Of a DNA stretch of 64,000 bases, positions 42,395-51,090 are shown piece by piece (positions within the stretch are counted from its first letter, which is position 1; the number at the start of each line of letters is the position of its first letter). The translations under genes and the position numbers were made by a program. The DNA is from Balneolaceae bacterium. GTDB taxonomy: Bacteria > Bacteroidota > Rhodothermia > Balneolales > Balneolaceae. Below the pieces are notes generated by a model. That model searched no databases. It saw only the letters and a list, made by a program, of their open reading frames with translations, and was not told the DNA's origin. Location: positions 2,675,553-2,739,552 of the forward strand of contig OZ271855.1 in NCBI GenBank assembly GCA_965601955.1, given 5' to 3'.

Positions 42395-44320
42395 ATGAGA
42401 ATTACGAAAGTTGATATCCCAAAATCTGAAAAGGATCTAGATGGACTCGAAGAGATAAAAATGTCCCGGTTAGGACAAATCGTTCTCTTGGCTGGAAAGA
42501 ATGGCTCTGGAAAGACACGGATACTCGATAAGATCCTGAACAGATTAGCCTTAAAGCCGTCGAAGAACGATTTAGAAAATGCAAGAAAACAGATCGAAAA
42601 TTCAAAAGACCGTATTACATCGCTAGAGAACGCTATTGAATCATTAGAATCTGAACTAAAAAGAGCAATAGACCCTACTCAAATTTACTCTATCAATCGG
42701 GATATCAAGAATTTTTCCGATTCAATTGCAAACTATGAGCAACAAGTTGAAAAGCACTATACTACTTTAAGTTGGAAACAAATAGAAACAAAAGGATTAA
42801 AAGAGAGATATACAGCTGTACATTTTGTCCCTAAAGAATTAAACCTCTATGACAGCAATAATTATAACAAAACTCAAATCCTAAGAGAAGCTAATACTGT
42901 TAGTAATGTTGGAGTTGATGGACTATCACGTGGCACGTTTGCTAAAATTCAGGTTATACAAGACCGTTGGTTCAATGCGACACATCACAGATCACAAGTT
43001 AATGAGGAGGAAAAAAACAAGGCAATTAGTGAATATGAAAAACTTAATGATCTAGTTTCCATATTCTTAAATACCTCGATAGGGCGTACAATTAATGATG
43101 AAGCTACACTTTTTGGCTTTCCACTTGGGAAATCAAAACTATCTGATGGACAGAAAATATTACTTCAATTTTGCTTAGCAATCTATGGTCAAGAGACAAA
43201 ACTTAAAGATTTAGTCCTAATAATGGATGAGCCTGAAAATCATCTCCACCCTTCTGCAATTATTGAGACTCTAGATCGAATCGCCAAGTACGTTTCTAAT
43301 GGTCAGATATGGATTGCAACCCACTCCGTCCCCCTACTTGCACATTACGATCCATCACTAATCTGGTTTGTTGAAAACAACAAAGTAAGTTATGGAGGAA
43401 GAATAACTGAAAAGGTTTTAAGAAGTTTGCTTGGTGATGAAAACGAAATAGCTAGACTTCAAGATTTCGTAAGTCTCCCCGCTCAGTTTGCAACTTCTAG
43501 ATATGCTTTTGAATGTTTGTTTGAACCAAAAACACTCCAAACTGATTCAAATGACCCACAATCAGTTCAAATAAGGGAAGAGTTACTTAAACTAACAACT
43601 ACTGGAAAAATTCGTGTTCTTGATTTCGGTGCAGGTAAAGGTAGAATTATATCGAATCTTATCGATCTTGATAGCGAAACGCAAAAGCATCTTGTAGATC
43701 AATTGGACTATATCGCCTTTGATCCTGATTCCAAAGACAAAGAGTATTGTGAGAGTGCTATTTCAAAGGCATATGGAAACTGTAACAATCGATATTTTAA
43801 CTCACTTGATAAGCTGCTTGAGATTTATGACAAAGAGTCTTTCAATGTAGTAATACTGTGTAATGTCTTACATGAAATTGATCCTAAGGAATGGCTTAAG
43901 CTTTTTTCTCCAGAAGGTAGTATTTCACAATTATTAGGTAGTAAAGGATTTCTTTTGCTTGTGGAAGATCACCAAATTTCGATTGGTGAAAAAGCTTATC
44001 AAAAAGGATTTTTGGTATTGGACACGCTACAACTAAAAGAAATATTTAAAATAACAGAACAGGATGAAGGCTTTACTTTTGTAGATGCCCGAAAAGATGG
44101 GAGATTAAAAGCTCATTTAATCGCAAAAGAGTATTTGATGAGAATAGATGAAAACTCACGCCTAGATGCATTGAAGTCAATTTGTCAAACTGCAAAAAGT
44201 AAAATACTTGAGATTAGAGAGGATGAAAAAAACTACAGGAATGGAAAAAAACATGGATTCTGGGTTCAACAACTTGCGAATGCACAGTTGAATCTAGACG
44301 AGTTTACAACAAAAAAGTAA
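42395..44320 (+). CDS. ABC/SMC-type (AAA_15/AAA_21-like) ATPase fused to a class I SAM-dependent methyltransferase; function unknown
   Basis: Walker A GKNGSGKT (aa 34-41), LSDGQ (aa 249-253), LVLIMDEPENHLHP (aa 273-286), IATHS. MTase motif I VLDFGAGKG (aa 408-416), IAFD, VVILCNVLHEI. AT-rich relative to its neighbours. Confidence 0.65.
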   Translation: MRITKVDIPKSEKDLDGLEEIKMSRLGQIVLLAGKNGSGKTRILDKILNRLALKPSKNDLENARKQIENSKDRITSLENAIESLESELKRAIDPTQIYSINRDIKNFSDSIANYEQQVEKHYTTLSWKQIETKGLKERYTAVHFVPKELNLYDSNNYNKTQILREANTVSNVGVDGLSRGTFAKIQVIQDRWFNATHHRSQVNEEEKNKAISEYEKLNDLVSIFLNTSIGRTINDEATLFGFPLGKSKLSDGQKILLQFCLAIYGQETKLKDLVLIMDEPENHLHPSAIIETLDRIAKYVSNGQIWIATHSVPLLAHYDPSLIWFVENNKVSYGGRITEKVLRSLLGDENEIARLQDFVSLPAQFATSRYAFECLFEPKTLQTDSNDPQSVQIREELLKLTTTGKIRVLDFGAGKGRIISNLIDLDSETQKHLVDQLDYIAFDPDSKDKEYCESAISKAYGNCNNRYFNSLDKLLEIYDKESFNVVILCNVLHEIDPKEWLKLFSPEGSISQLLGSKGFLLLVEDHQISIGEKAYQKGFLVLDTLQLKEIFKITEQDEGFTFVDARKDGRLKAHLIAKEYLMRIDENSRLDALKSICQTAKSKILEIREDEKNYRNGKKHGFWVQQLANAQLNLDEFTTKK

Positions 44321-44509
44321 GGAGTGATTTTCCAATTTCGACTCGTAACGTAGCTCTGCTGCGTGACACTATTGATAAAGCTCTGCTCCAGGCACTACTA
44401 CCCTTCTCCACAGATGCTGATCCTGAAAACTTTCGGGACAGCATTACAACCTCCAAATCAGAAGGCTAACCCATACGTAAATCAATAGGCTCCTGCCCTA
44501 CCCTTAGCC

Positions 44510-46189
44510 TCAGAACAAACCTGATATTACTCCATCTTCATCTACCGTCATATTAACTGCTGCAGGTACTTTAGGCAGGCCTGGCATCAGCATCATATTT
44601 CCACAAATAATTACAAGGAACCCTGCTCCTGCAGAAAGTTGTACATCGCTAACTGTGAATGTGAATCCTTTCGGAGCTCCTCGCAAAGCAGGATTGTCTG
44701 AAAATGAAGATTGTGTTTTGGCAATACACACCGGAAGATCTCCATAACCAAGATCCTTAAACCGCTTCAGATTTTGTAAGGCTTTCTTTTCGAAATAAAC
44801 TACAGCTGCTCCATAGACTTTTCGGGCTACAGCTTTGATTTTATCTTCAATAGAGTCAGCTGCTTCATATAAGGTTCTCGTATCTGGAGATGGATTGCGA
44901 TCTACTGCATTCACGACCAGTTTGGCGAGACCGGTTACTCCCTCTCCTCCTTTCGCAAAAGCTTCATGGGTAGCGCAAGGCACATTCAACGACGCACAAA
45001 AGTTTTCTACATAAGAAAGCTCATCGGGATTATCGACTTCAAAACGATTAACAGCTACCACTACGGGTACATTAAATAATTTCAAATGATGTATATGTGC
45101 CTCCAGGTTCTTTAAGCCTTCTGTGAGCGCTTCATGATCCGGGGTTCCACCTGAAGCTTCCTCTACTGATAAACCCCCGTGGTATTTTAAGGCCTTAATC
45201 GTAGCCACCAGTACTACTGCTGAAGGCCATATTCCCGAAACGGGACTCACTATATCGAAGAACTTCTCTGCTCCAAGATCTGCACCAAAACCAGCTTCAG
45301 TAATCACATAATCAGCTAGTTTAAGCCCTATTCGGTTGGCTATTATACTGCTTGTTCCATGCGCTATATTTGCGAAAGGCCCACCATGAACCAGTGCAGG
45401 AACATGTTCCATGGTTTGCACCAGGTTAGGCATGATTGCTTCATTCAACACAACGGCCATTGCTTCATGTGCGCCCAGGTCCTTGGCTTGAACTGCCTCT
45501 CCTTTTCGGTTATACCCAACTACAATCCGCCCAAGCCGTTCTTTAAGATCTGCACGGGAAGATGATAGCGAAAGAATGGCCATAATCTCTGAAGCTGCGG
45601 TAATAAGAAACCCTGATTCCCTTGGTATACCATTTACTCTACCCCCAAGACCCACTACGATCTGCCTCAAAGCACGATCATTCATATCCATAGCCCGGTT
45701 CCAAAGCGGGTTTGTTACATCAATATCCAACTCATTTCCTTTGAAAATATGATTATCGAGCATGGCCGCCAGCAAATTATGTGCTGTTCCAATCGCATGA
45801 ATATCTCCATTAAAATGCAGGTTGATCCGTTCCATAGGAATCACCTGGGAATAACCTCCACCTGCCGCACCCCCTTTTATCCCAAAAACGGGTCCCAATG
45901 ATGGTTCCCGGAGTGTTACCATCACCTTTTTCCCGATCTTTGCCATACCCTGGCTTAGTCCAATGGATGTAAGGGTCTTTCCCTCACCAGTCGGGGTTGG
46001 AGTAATCGCCGTTACAAGGATAAGTTTGCCATTGGGCCTGTTTTCAAATTTCTCTAGAACATTCAGCCTTATCTTCCCGGTGTATTTTCCATAGAACTCA
46101 AAATTTTCCTCGTCCAGCTCAAGTTGCGACATAAAATGACGCATGTGTTTCATAGGCGCCTGCTGCGCCAATTTTATGCTGTCAGTCAT
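44510..46189 (-). CDS. fhs: formate-tetrahydrofolate ligase
   Basis: 559 aa. PTPTGEGKT P-loop-like motif and overall FTHFS-type sequence. Confidence 0.95.
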   Translation of the reverse strand: MTDSIKLAQQAPMKHMRHFMSQLELDEENFEFYGKYTGKIRLNVLEKFENRPNGKLILVTAITPTPTGEGKTLTSIGLSQGMAKIGKKVMVTLREPSLGPVFGIKGGAAGGGYSQVIPMERINLHFNGDIHAIGTAHNLLAAMLDNHIFKGNELDIDVTNPLWNRAMDMNDRALRQIVVGLGGRVNGIPRESGFLITAASEIMAILSLSSSRADLKERLGRIVVGYNRKGEAVQAKDLGAHEAMAVVLNEAIMPNLVQTMEHVPALVHGGPFANIAHGTSSIIANRIGLKLADYVITEAGFGADLGAEKFFDIVSPVSGIWPSAVVLVATIKALKYHGGLSVEEASGGTPDHEALTEGLKNLEAHIHHLKLFNVPVVVAVNRFEVDNPDELSYVENFCASLNVPCATHEAFAKGGEGVTGLAKLVVNAVDRNPSPDTRTLYEAADSIEDKIKAVARKVYGAAVVYFEKKALQNLKRFKDLGYGDLPVCIAKTQSSFSDNPALRGAPKGFTFTVSDVQLSAGAGFLVIICGNMMLMPGLPKVPAAVNMTVDEDGVISGLF

Positions 46190-46281
46190 GATATTTTCCG
46201 GTTATTCGTAGTAGTTTCAAGATGAAAACAATATGATACTCTGATATGAATTTTTGATAAACCCAAACAAGACCCTGGATT

Positions 46282-46302
46282 ATTCAAGTCTGTGACTTGA
46301 AT
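46282..46302. repeat. perfect 9-bp-stem palindrome ATTCAAGTC-tgt-GACTTGAAT (copy 1 of a shared element)
   Basis: Read directly. Contains AGTCtgtGACT. Confidence 0.7.
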
Positions 46303-46315
46303 GAATGAGCCCAGG

Positions 46316-46361
46316 AAGTCTCTGACTCCCATTACTTTATTCGAGTAATAGTCTCAGACTT
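46316..46361. repeat. long imperfect hairpin; each arm carries an AGTC-N3-GACT palindrome
   Basis: Positions 46316-46327 pair with 46350-46361 (10/12). Positions 46331-46336 pair with 46344-46349 (6/6). 3-nt bulge and 7-nt loop. Confidence 0.65.
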
Positions 46362-46418
46362 GTTTATCTTCACGCTTAATCTCCGTTATGTAACAGCCAA
46401 TAAAACCACAGAGGAACC

Positions 46419-46808
46419 ATGAGTGAAGAAACAACAAACTACATAGATGGCTTTGTACTTCCTGTTCCACGAATTCACCTGGACGAATACAAGAATGTGG
46501 CTTCTCAAGTAGCCGAAATTTGGAAGGAGTATGGTGCACTCTCCTACTTTGAATATGTTGGTGAGGACTTGACGTTGGAAGGCATTCGTTCATTCATAGA
46601 AGCTGTAGATGCAAAAGAAGATGAAGTCGTTGTATTTGGCTGGGTCGTCTTTCCTTCAAAAGAGATTCGTGATTTAGCGAATCAACAAGTTCCAGCCGAC
46701 CCAAGAATGACTGAATTGGTTACTCCACTACTTGATCCTCAAAGATTAATTTTTGATGCCGCTCGTATGGTCTATGGAGGATTTGAACCCCTTGTTCAAT
46801 CGAATTAA
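46419..46808 (+). CDS. DUF1428 family protein
   Basis: 129 aa. N-terminal YIDGFVLPVP and overall resemblance to YbaA/DUF1428 proteins. Confidence 0.65.
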   Translation: MSEETTNYIDGFVLPVPRIHLDEYKNVASQVAEIWKEYGALSYFEYVGEDLTLEGIRSFIEAVDAKEDEVVVFGWVVFPSKEIRDLANQQVPADPRMTELVTPLLDPQRLIFDAARMVYGGFEPLVQSN

Positions 46809-46827
46809 TAACTAATCAAACAAAGAT

Positions 46828-47343
46828 ATGGAGCAAATACGGTGGTTTGATCGGAAGTTCGATTTTTCGTTTCAGCAAAATATTTTTCCTTCAATTTTCG
46901 AACGGCTTAGTGGAACCTATGTACGGTTAACATCAAAGATTGAAGGCATTTCTCCCGAGTTATTGGAAATCAAGCCAAACGAAACATGGTCTATAAAGGA
47001 GAATATTGGACACTTATGCGATTTAGAACCATTATGGCAAGGTAGACTGGAAGACATTATACATGGAGAGAAGTATTTAAGACCCACCGATCTGGAAAAC
47101 AAGAAAACCGATTTTGCACAACACAACAAAACGAGTATTGAGGATTTGTTGATGCAATTTCGAGAAGTACGAGAAGAGACTCTACAACAATTATCAAAGC
47201 TTGAGGAGGCAGATGTGTTTAAATCTGCACTGCACCCTCGACTAGAGCAGCCCATGCGAACTATGGACTTATTCCTATTTGTTGCTGAACACGATGATCA
47301 CCACCTGGCAAGGATTACTGAGATTAAAGCCGGCCACTACTGA
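46828..47343 (+). CDS. DinB-family (DinB_2) metal-dependent protein
   Basis: 171-aa four-helix-type sequence with IGHLCD and EHDDHH His motifs. Confidence 0.7.
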   Translation: MEQIRWFDRKFDFSFQQNIFPSIFERLSGTYVRLTSKIEGISPELLEIKPNETWSIKENIGHLCDLEPLWQGRLEDIIHGEKYLRPTDLENKKTDFAQHNKTSIEDLLMQFREVREETLQQLSKLEEADVFKSALHPRLEQPMRTMDLFLFVAEHDDHHLARITEIKAGHY

Positions 47344-47367
47344 GGCGCAGTAATTAACTCCCACCCT

Positions 47368-47394
47368 ATTCATTCAAGTGTGACTGGAATGAAT
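47368..47394. repeat. palindrome ATTCATTCAAGT-gtg-ACTGGAATGAAT (copy 2 of the shared element)
   Basis: 11/12-bp stem. 24 of 27 positions match copy 1 at 46282, with a 2-nt loop indel. Confidence 0.65.
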
Positions 47395-47462
47395 AAGTAC
47401 TATACCTCCATTCCCTTTTTTATATTCGACTAATCAGAACTAAGACATAAAGGGACCTGAAC

Positions 47463-47927
47463 ATGTACCATGTACTTTTAGTGAGTCATTCCGTATTCCG
47501 TTGGCTGGTATTGATCAGCTTAATCATCTCCATCATTCTTGCGATTAGGGGCTGGGTAACTAAAAAGAAGTTCGATACCCTGGATAACCGGTTCAGGAAT
47601 TGGACAGTCTCGTTAGTACACATTCAATTCTTAATCGGGATCGTCTTATATAGCATAAGCCCAATCATCCATTACTTTTTTGAAAACTTCGGGGAAGCCG
47701 TCAAGATTAGTGATATTCGTTTTTTTGCAATGGAGCATAGCCTTATGATGATATTGGCTGTTGGGTTAATCACTTTTGGGTCCTCCTCTGCAAAAAGAAA
47801 AACCGAGGATATAGCCAAGTTCAAAACAATGACCATTTGGTTTCTCATAGGGCTCATTGTCATCCTGGTAAATATTCCGTGGGAGTTTTCGCCATATGTA
47901 AGCCGTCCTCATTTTAGATTCTTCTAG
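47463..47927 (+). CDS. hypothetical 4-TM membrane protein
   Basis: 154-aa hydrophobic ORF. Its stop directly abuts the start of the next gene. Confidence 0.55.
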   Translation: MYHVLLVSHSVFRWLVLISLIISIILAIRGWVTKKKFDTLDNRFRNWTVSLVHIQFLIGIVLYSISPIIHYFFENFGEAVKISDIRFFAMEHSLMMILAVGLITFGSSSAKRKTEDIAKFKTMTIWFLIGLIVILVNIPWEFSPYVSRPHFRFF

Positions 47928-48446
47928 ATGGAAACCCGGCGGCTAAAGCTAAGGCTCATTACTGAAGATGATGCGTACTTCCTCTTCAGATTGATGAACA
48001 CAGAAAAATGGCACCTCAACATTGGAGATAGAAATATCACTAATGACGATCGTGCTAGGGAGTATATCAAAGATCGTATGAGCCCAAAATTAGAGGAAAA
48101 AGGTTTTATTAATCACGTTATGATTGAGAAGAAATCAGGAGAAGCTGTGGGCACATGCAGTATCCACGATAGAAAAGGAGTAGAAGGTTTGGATATCGGG
48201 TATGCCCTTCTTTCAGAATATGAAGGGCAAGGATATGCTACAGAAGGTGCTTCTTTGATGGTAGAAATGGCTTTTGAGAGATTCAACCAACAGGAAATAA
48301 GTGCCATTACTACTGATGGAAATATTGGCTCCTGTAAAGTGTTAGAGAGATTAGGCTTTCAACACCACTCTTATATTAAACTTCCTAATAGCAATGAGGA
48401 GATTAAGCTTTATGTGTTAGGGAGAAAAGAGTTTGAAGAGGGCTAA
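47928..48446 (+). CDS. GNAT family N-acetyltransferase (RimJ/RimL-like)
   Basis: 172 aa. Acetyl-CoA motif context YEGQGYATEGA. Confidence 0.75.
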   Translation: METRRLKLRLITEDDAYFLFRLMNTEKWHLNIGDRNITNDDRAREYIKDRMSPKLEEKGFINHVMIEKKSGEAVGTCSIHDRKGVEGLDIGYALLSEYEGQGYATEGASLMVEMAFERFNQQEISAITTDGNIGSCKVLERLGFQHHSYIKLPNSNEEIKLYVLGRKEFEEG

Positions 48447-48495
48447 TCAGTTTCGGTCATTCCGTCCCGACCCTCTTTTATTCCAGTGACCTCAA

Positions 48496-48969
48496 TCACT
48501 CTAACTCATACCACTCCTCTTCGGTAGCCATCTTAACCTGGTATTCCATCATCATTTTCCATGAGCCCGAAGCTTTTGAGCTAAGGGATTCGAAATGGAT
48601 ATACACTGTTTGAGCTTCCTGCCCTTCGTTCTGAGAGGAATATTTAAAAATCCCGGTTTCATGTGCCGTCATCGGACTGATCAGTCTTTCTGAAAACCTG
48701 AACTCTACACTGGCCTTCATTTTTCCGGCTTTGGTATCATCAAAACCCTGTTTCCAGCCGCTTAATGCATTGGCAATTGGATAACTATTTTTAGCTATGC
48801 CATTAACAAGGATGGCATCCGTGTGAAAAGTGGCGCTATAACCCTCAAAATCTCCCTCTGCTACTGTTCTTGAGACTTCCTTCCAAAACTCATCAATATC
48901 AGTTTGAGCTAATAATCCTGTTCCTGTGATTAGTAACGTGAAAATGATTGAAGAAATAATCCGCTTCAT
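48496..48969 (-). CDS. secreted NTF2/SnoaL-like (DUF4440-like) protein
   Basis: Signal peptide plus a domain of about 130 aa with an NTF2-like pattern. The assignment is weak. Confidence 0.45.
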   Translation of the reverse strand: MKRIISSIIFTLLITGTGLLAQTDIDEFWKEVSRTVAEGDFEGYSATFHTDAILVNGIAKNSYPIANALSGWKQGFDDTKAGKMKASVEFRFSERLISPMTAHETGIFKYSSQNEGQEAQTVYIHFESLSSKASGSWKMMMEYQVKMATEEEWYELE

Positions 48970-49042
48970 AAAACCCCATTTTTTTGCTGAATATAGCAGA
49001 ATAGGATTTAATTCCTGCTTTTCTTTGCCTTATTTTCAGCCC

Positions 49043-49948
49043 ATGCAAAAAGGCCGAGTCATACAATCAACCGGAAGCTGGTATAAAATTGATACCGGAG
49101 AAACTATTATTGAGAGCCGGTTACCCGGAAGATTCAGGCTTGAGGAGAAAGAAGTCACCAATCCTATTGCCGTCGGAGATTGGGTAACCATATCAGTAAA
49201 TGATGACGATACCGGCACTATTGAAGAAATCCATGAACGAACAAATTATATCACCCGGCAGGCTACTCATGGCCGAAGAGGTGAACATATCCTCGTTTCT
49301 AACCTGGATATAGCTTTTGTGGTTCAATCGGTGAAACGGCCCAAGTTAAAAGAAGGGTTTATCGATCGGTTTTTAGTCACTTGCGAAGCCTATGAGGTAC
49401 AAGGTGCTATTATTATCAATAAACTGGATTTGGCTACTCAAAGAGATGAAAGTATGATCGAAGATATCCAGGATATTTATGAAGAGCTTGGATACCCTGT
49501 ATTTACTACTGTGGCTCATGATCCAGAGTGTCTACATACTCTAAGAGAAACACTGACTGGGAAAACATCTGTGTTTATTGGCCCTTCCGGGGTTGGAAAG
49601 ACCAGCCTCTTAAATGCACTAGACTCCAATTATTCTGAAAAAGTGGGTGAAGTTTCTTCTTACTCTAATAAAGGAAAACACACGACTACCTTTGCCAAGC
49701 TGATCAGGCTTTCGAATGGTGGATACCTGGCAGATACCCCAGGAATACGAGAGTTTGGGCTGTATAATATTGAGCCCTGGGAGCTTTCTCTTTATTTCCC
49801 GGAAATGCTTGAACCCAGAAAGCATTGCAAATTCAATAACTGTACTCACCTTCATGAACCCAATTGCGGAGTTATAGAAGCATTTGAGCGTGGAGAGATC
49901 GAGCCGAGCCGCTACGATTCATACATTAGAATGCTGGAATCTTTATAA
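49043..49948 (+). CDS. rsgA: ribosome small-subunit-dependent GTPase A
   Basis: Circularly permuted GTPase: NKLD then GPSGVGKTSLLNAL. Zinc knuckle CKFNNCTHLHEPNCGV. The track ORF start 48926 overlaps the neighbouring gene; the ATG at 49043 gives the MQKGRVIQSTG OB-fold N-terminus. Confidence 0.85.
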   Translation: MQKGRVIQSTGSWYKIDTGETIIESRLPGRFRLEEKEVTNPIAVGDWVTISVNDDDTGTIEEIHERTNYITRQATHGRRGEHILVSNLDIAFVVQSVKRPKLKEGFIDRFLVTCEAYEVQGAIIINKLDLATQRDESMIEDIQDIYEELGYPVFTTVAHDPECLHTLRETLTGKTSVFIGPSGVGKTSLLNALDSNYSEKVGEVSSYSNKGKHTTTFAKLIRLSNGGYLADTPGIREFGLYNIEPWELSLYFPEMLEPRKHCKFNNCTHLHEPNCGVIEAFERGEIEPSRYDSYIRMLESL

Positions 49949-50041
49949 AGCATAATCATATCCCTCAAATTGGGTATTCTATTTCGGAATTTTATTGCTA
50001 ATATTGTGCAAATCTTAAAACGATAACCCGGAGGTTTATTT

Positions 50042-51037
50042 ATGTACTCTCGTTTGTCAAATAAAATCGTAGCACTCTTAACCTTTCTAGTTGCTGCACT
50101 GATTGCTAATCCTGCACAGGCTCAGTTGGAAGAGATTGAGGCTTTTCTTGAATCAGGTTCAGATAATGCCACTGCTTTAACAAAAGCTTATTTATCTCCT
50201 CTCCCAACAGGATTAAGTACCACCCTAAACTCAGGATGGGCCACAAAAGCTTCCCCAACAAAAAAGCTGGGTTTCAGCTTACAAATCAGAGGAGCAATTG
50301 CTGCTGTTCCTAGTAGTGGTCAGTCTTTTGATGCTTCTACACTTGGACTGTCCAATGTTAATGTTAGCGCCGGAACTTCCAATACCATTTCTGGTGGTGA
50401 AGGATCTGGCCAAACTATTTCTTCAACCGATCCATTGAATGCGTTTAACTTCACTCTTCCTGGTGGAACAGGCTTTGAATATGTACCTATTGCCATGATT
50501 CAGGGTAATGTTGGATTGATTAAAGGTACCGACGTTACTATTAGATATATCCCGGAAACCAATCTCGGAGACTTTGGAGATCTTTCTCTCTTGGGCTTAG
50601 GTATCAAACACGGATTAAACCAATGGATTCCCGGAGGCAAGCTTCTTCCCGTTGATATCTCTTTAATGGCAGCATTCACTCAGGTTGAATTAAATGCTGA
50701 TCTTGAGTTTAACGCAGGTGCAACTGACCAGGTAGTTGAAACAACCACTGATACTTTTGTACTAAACGCTCTTGTTGGGAAAACACTCCCATTTATCTCT
50801 GCTTATGCGGGACTAGGAATCCAGACAGGAAGTTTTGAATTAAATATGCTTGGAGATTATGATTTAGGAGGAGCTGTAATCTCTGACCCAGTTTCTTATT
50901 CCCAGGATAGTGATGCTTCTGTTCATGCTTTAGCAGGTTTACAATTCAAGATAGCTATCCTTAGAATTTACGCTGAAGCTACTATAGCCGAATACACTAC
51001 GGTAAATGCAGGTATTGGTATCGGTTTTAGAAATTAA
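50042..51037 (+). CDS. hypothetical outer-membrane beta-barrel protein
   Basis: Signal peptide (..NPAQA/QL) and a Gly/Thr/Ser-rich sequence with an alternating pattern. Confidence 0.55.
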   Translation: MYSRLSNKIVALLTFLVAALIANPAQAQLEEIEAFLESGSDNATALTKAYLSPLPTGLSTTLNSGWATKASPTKKLGFSLQIRGAIAAVPSSGQSFDASTLGLSNVNVSAGTSNTISGGEGSGQTISSTDPLNAFNFTLPGGTGFEYVPIAMIQGNVGLIKGTDVTIRYIPETNLGDFGDLSLLGLGIKHGLNQWIPGGKLLPVDISLMAAFTQVELNADLEFNAGATDQVVETTTDTFVLNALVGKTLPFISAYAGLGIQTGSFELNMLGDYDLGGAVISDPVSYSQDSDASVHALAGLQFKIAILRIYAEATIAEYTTVNAGIGIGFRN

Positions 51038-51057
51038 TCTGGTAAACAGGTTTCAAT

Positions 51058-51085
51058 AAAAAAGGCGCTCATGAGCGCCTTTTCT
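51058..51085. terminator. bidirectional intrinsic terminator
   Basis: aaaaaaGGCGCTCATGAGCGCCtttt: a 16-nt perfect palindrome flanked by A- and T-runs, between convergent genes. Confidence 0.75.
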
Positions 51086-51090
51086 GTTTG

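Noticed and set aside
46354-46593. A 79-aa minus-strand ORF overlapping the DUF1428 start region.
   Set aside because: It overlaps a plus-strand ORF with a recognisable family pattern and also the hairpin region. It has no motifs and an odd composition (His/Cys/Leu-rich).
48926-49042. N-terminal extensions proposed by the ORF track: rsgA from 48926, the membrane protein from 26497, the permease to 58345, nrdB from 23678, the S1 protease from 19833, and the S1C protease from 30109.
   Set aside because: The extensions begin at non-ATG codons or overlap the neighbouring gene or regulatory RNA. Internal ATGs give N-termini that match family expectations (signal peptides, paralogue length).
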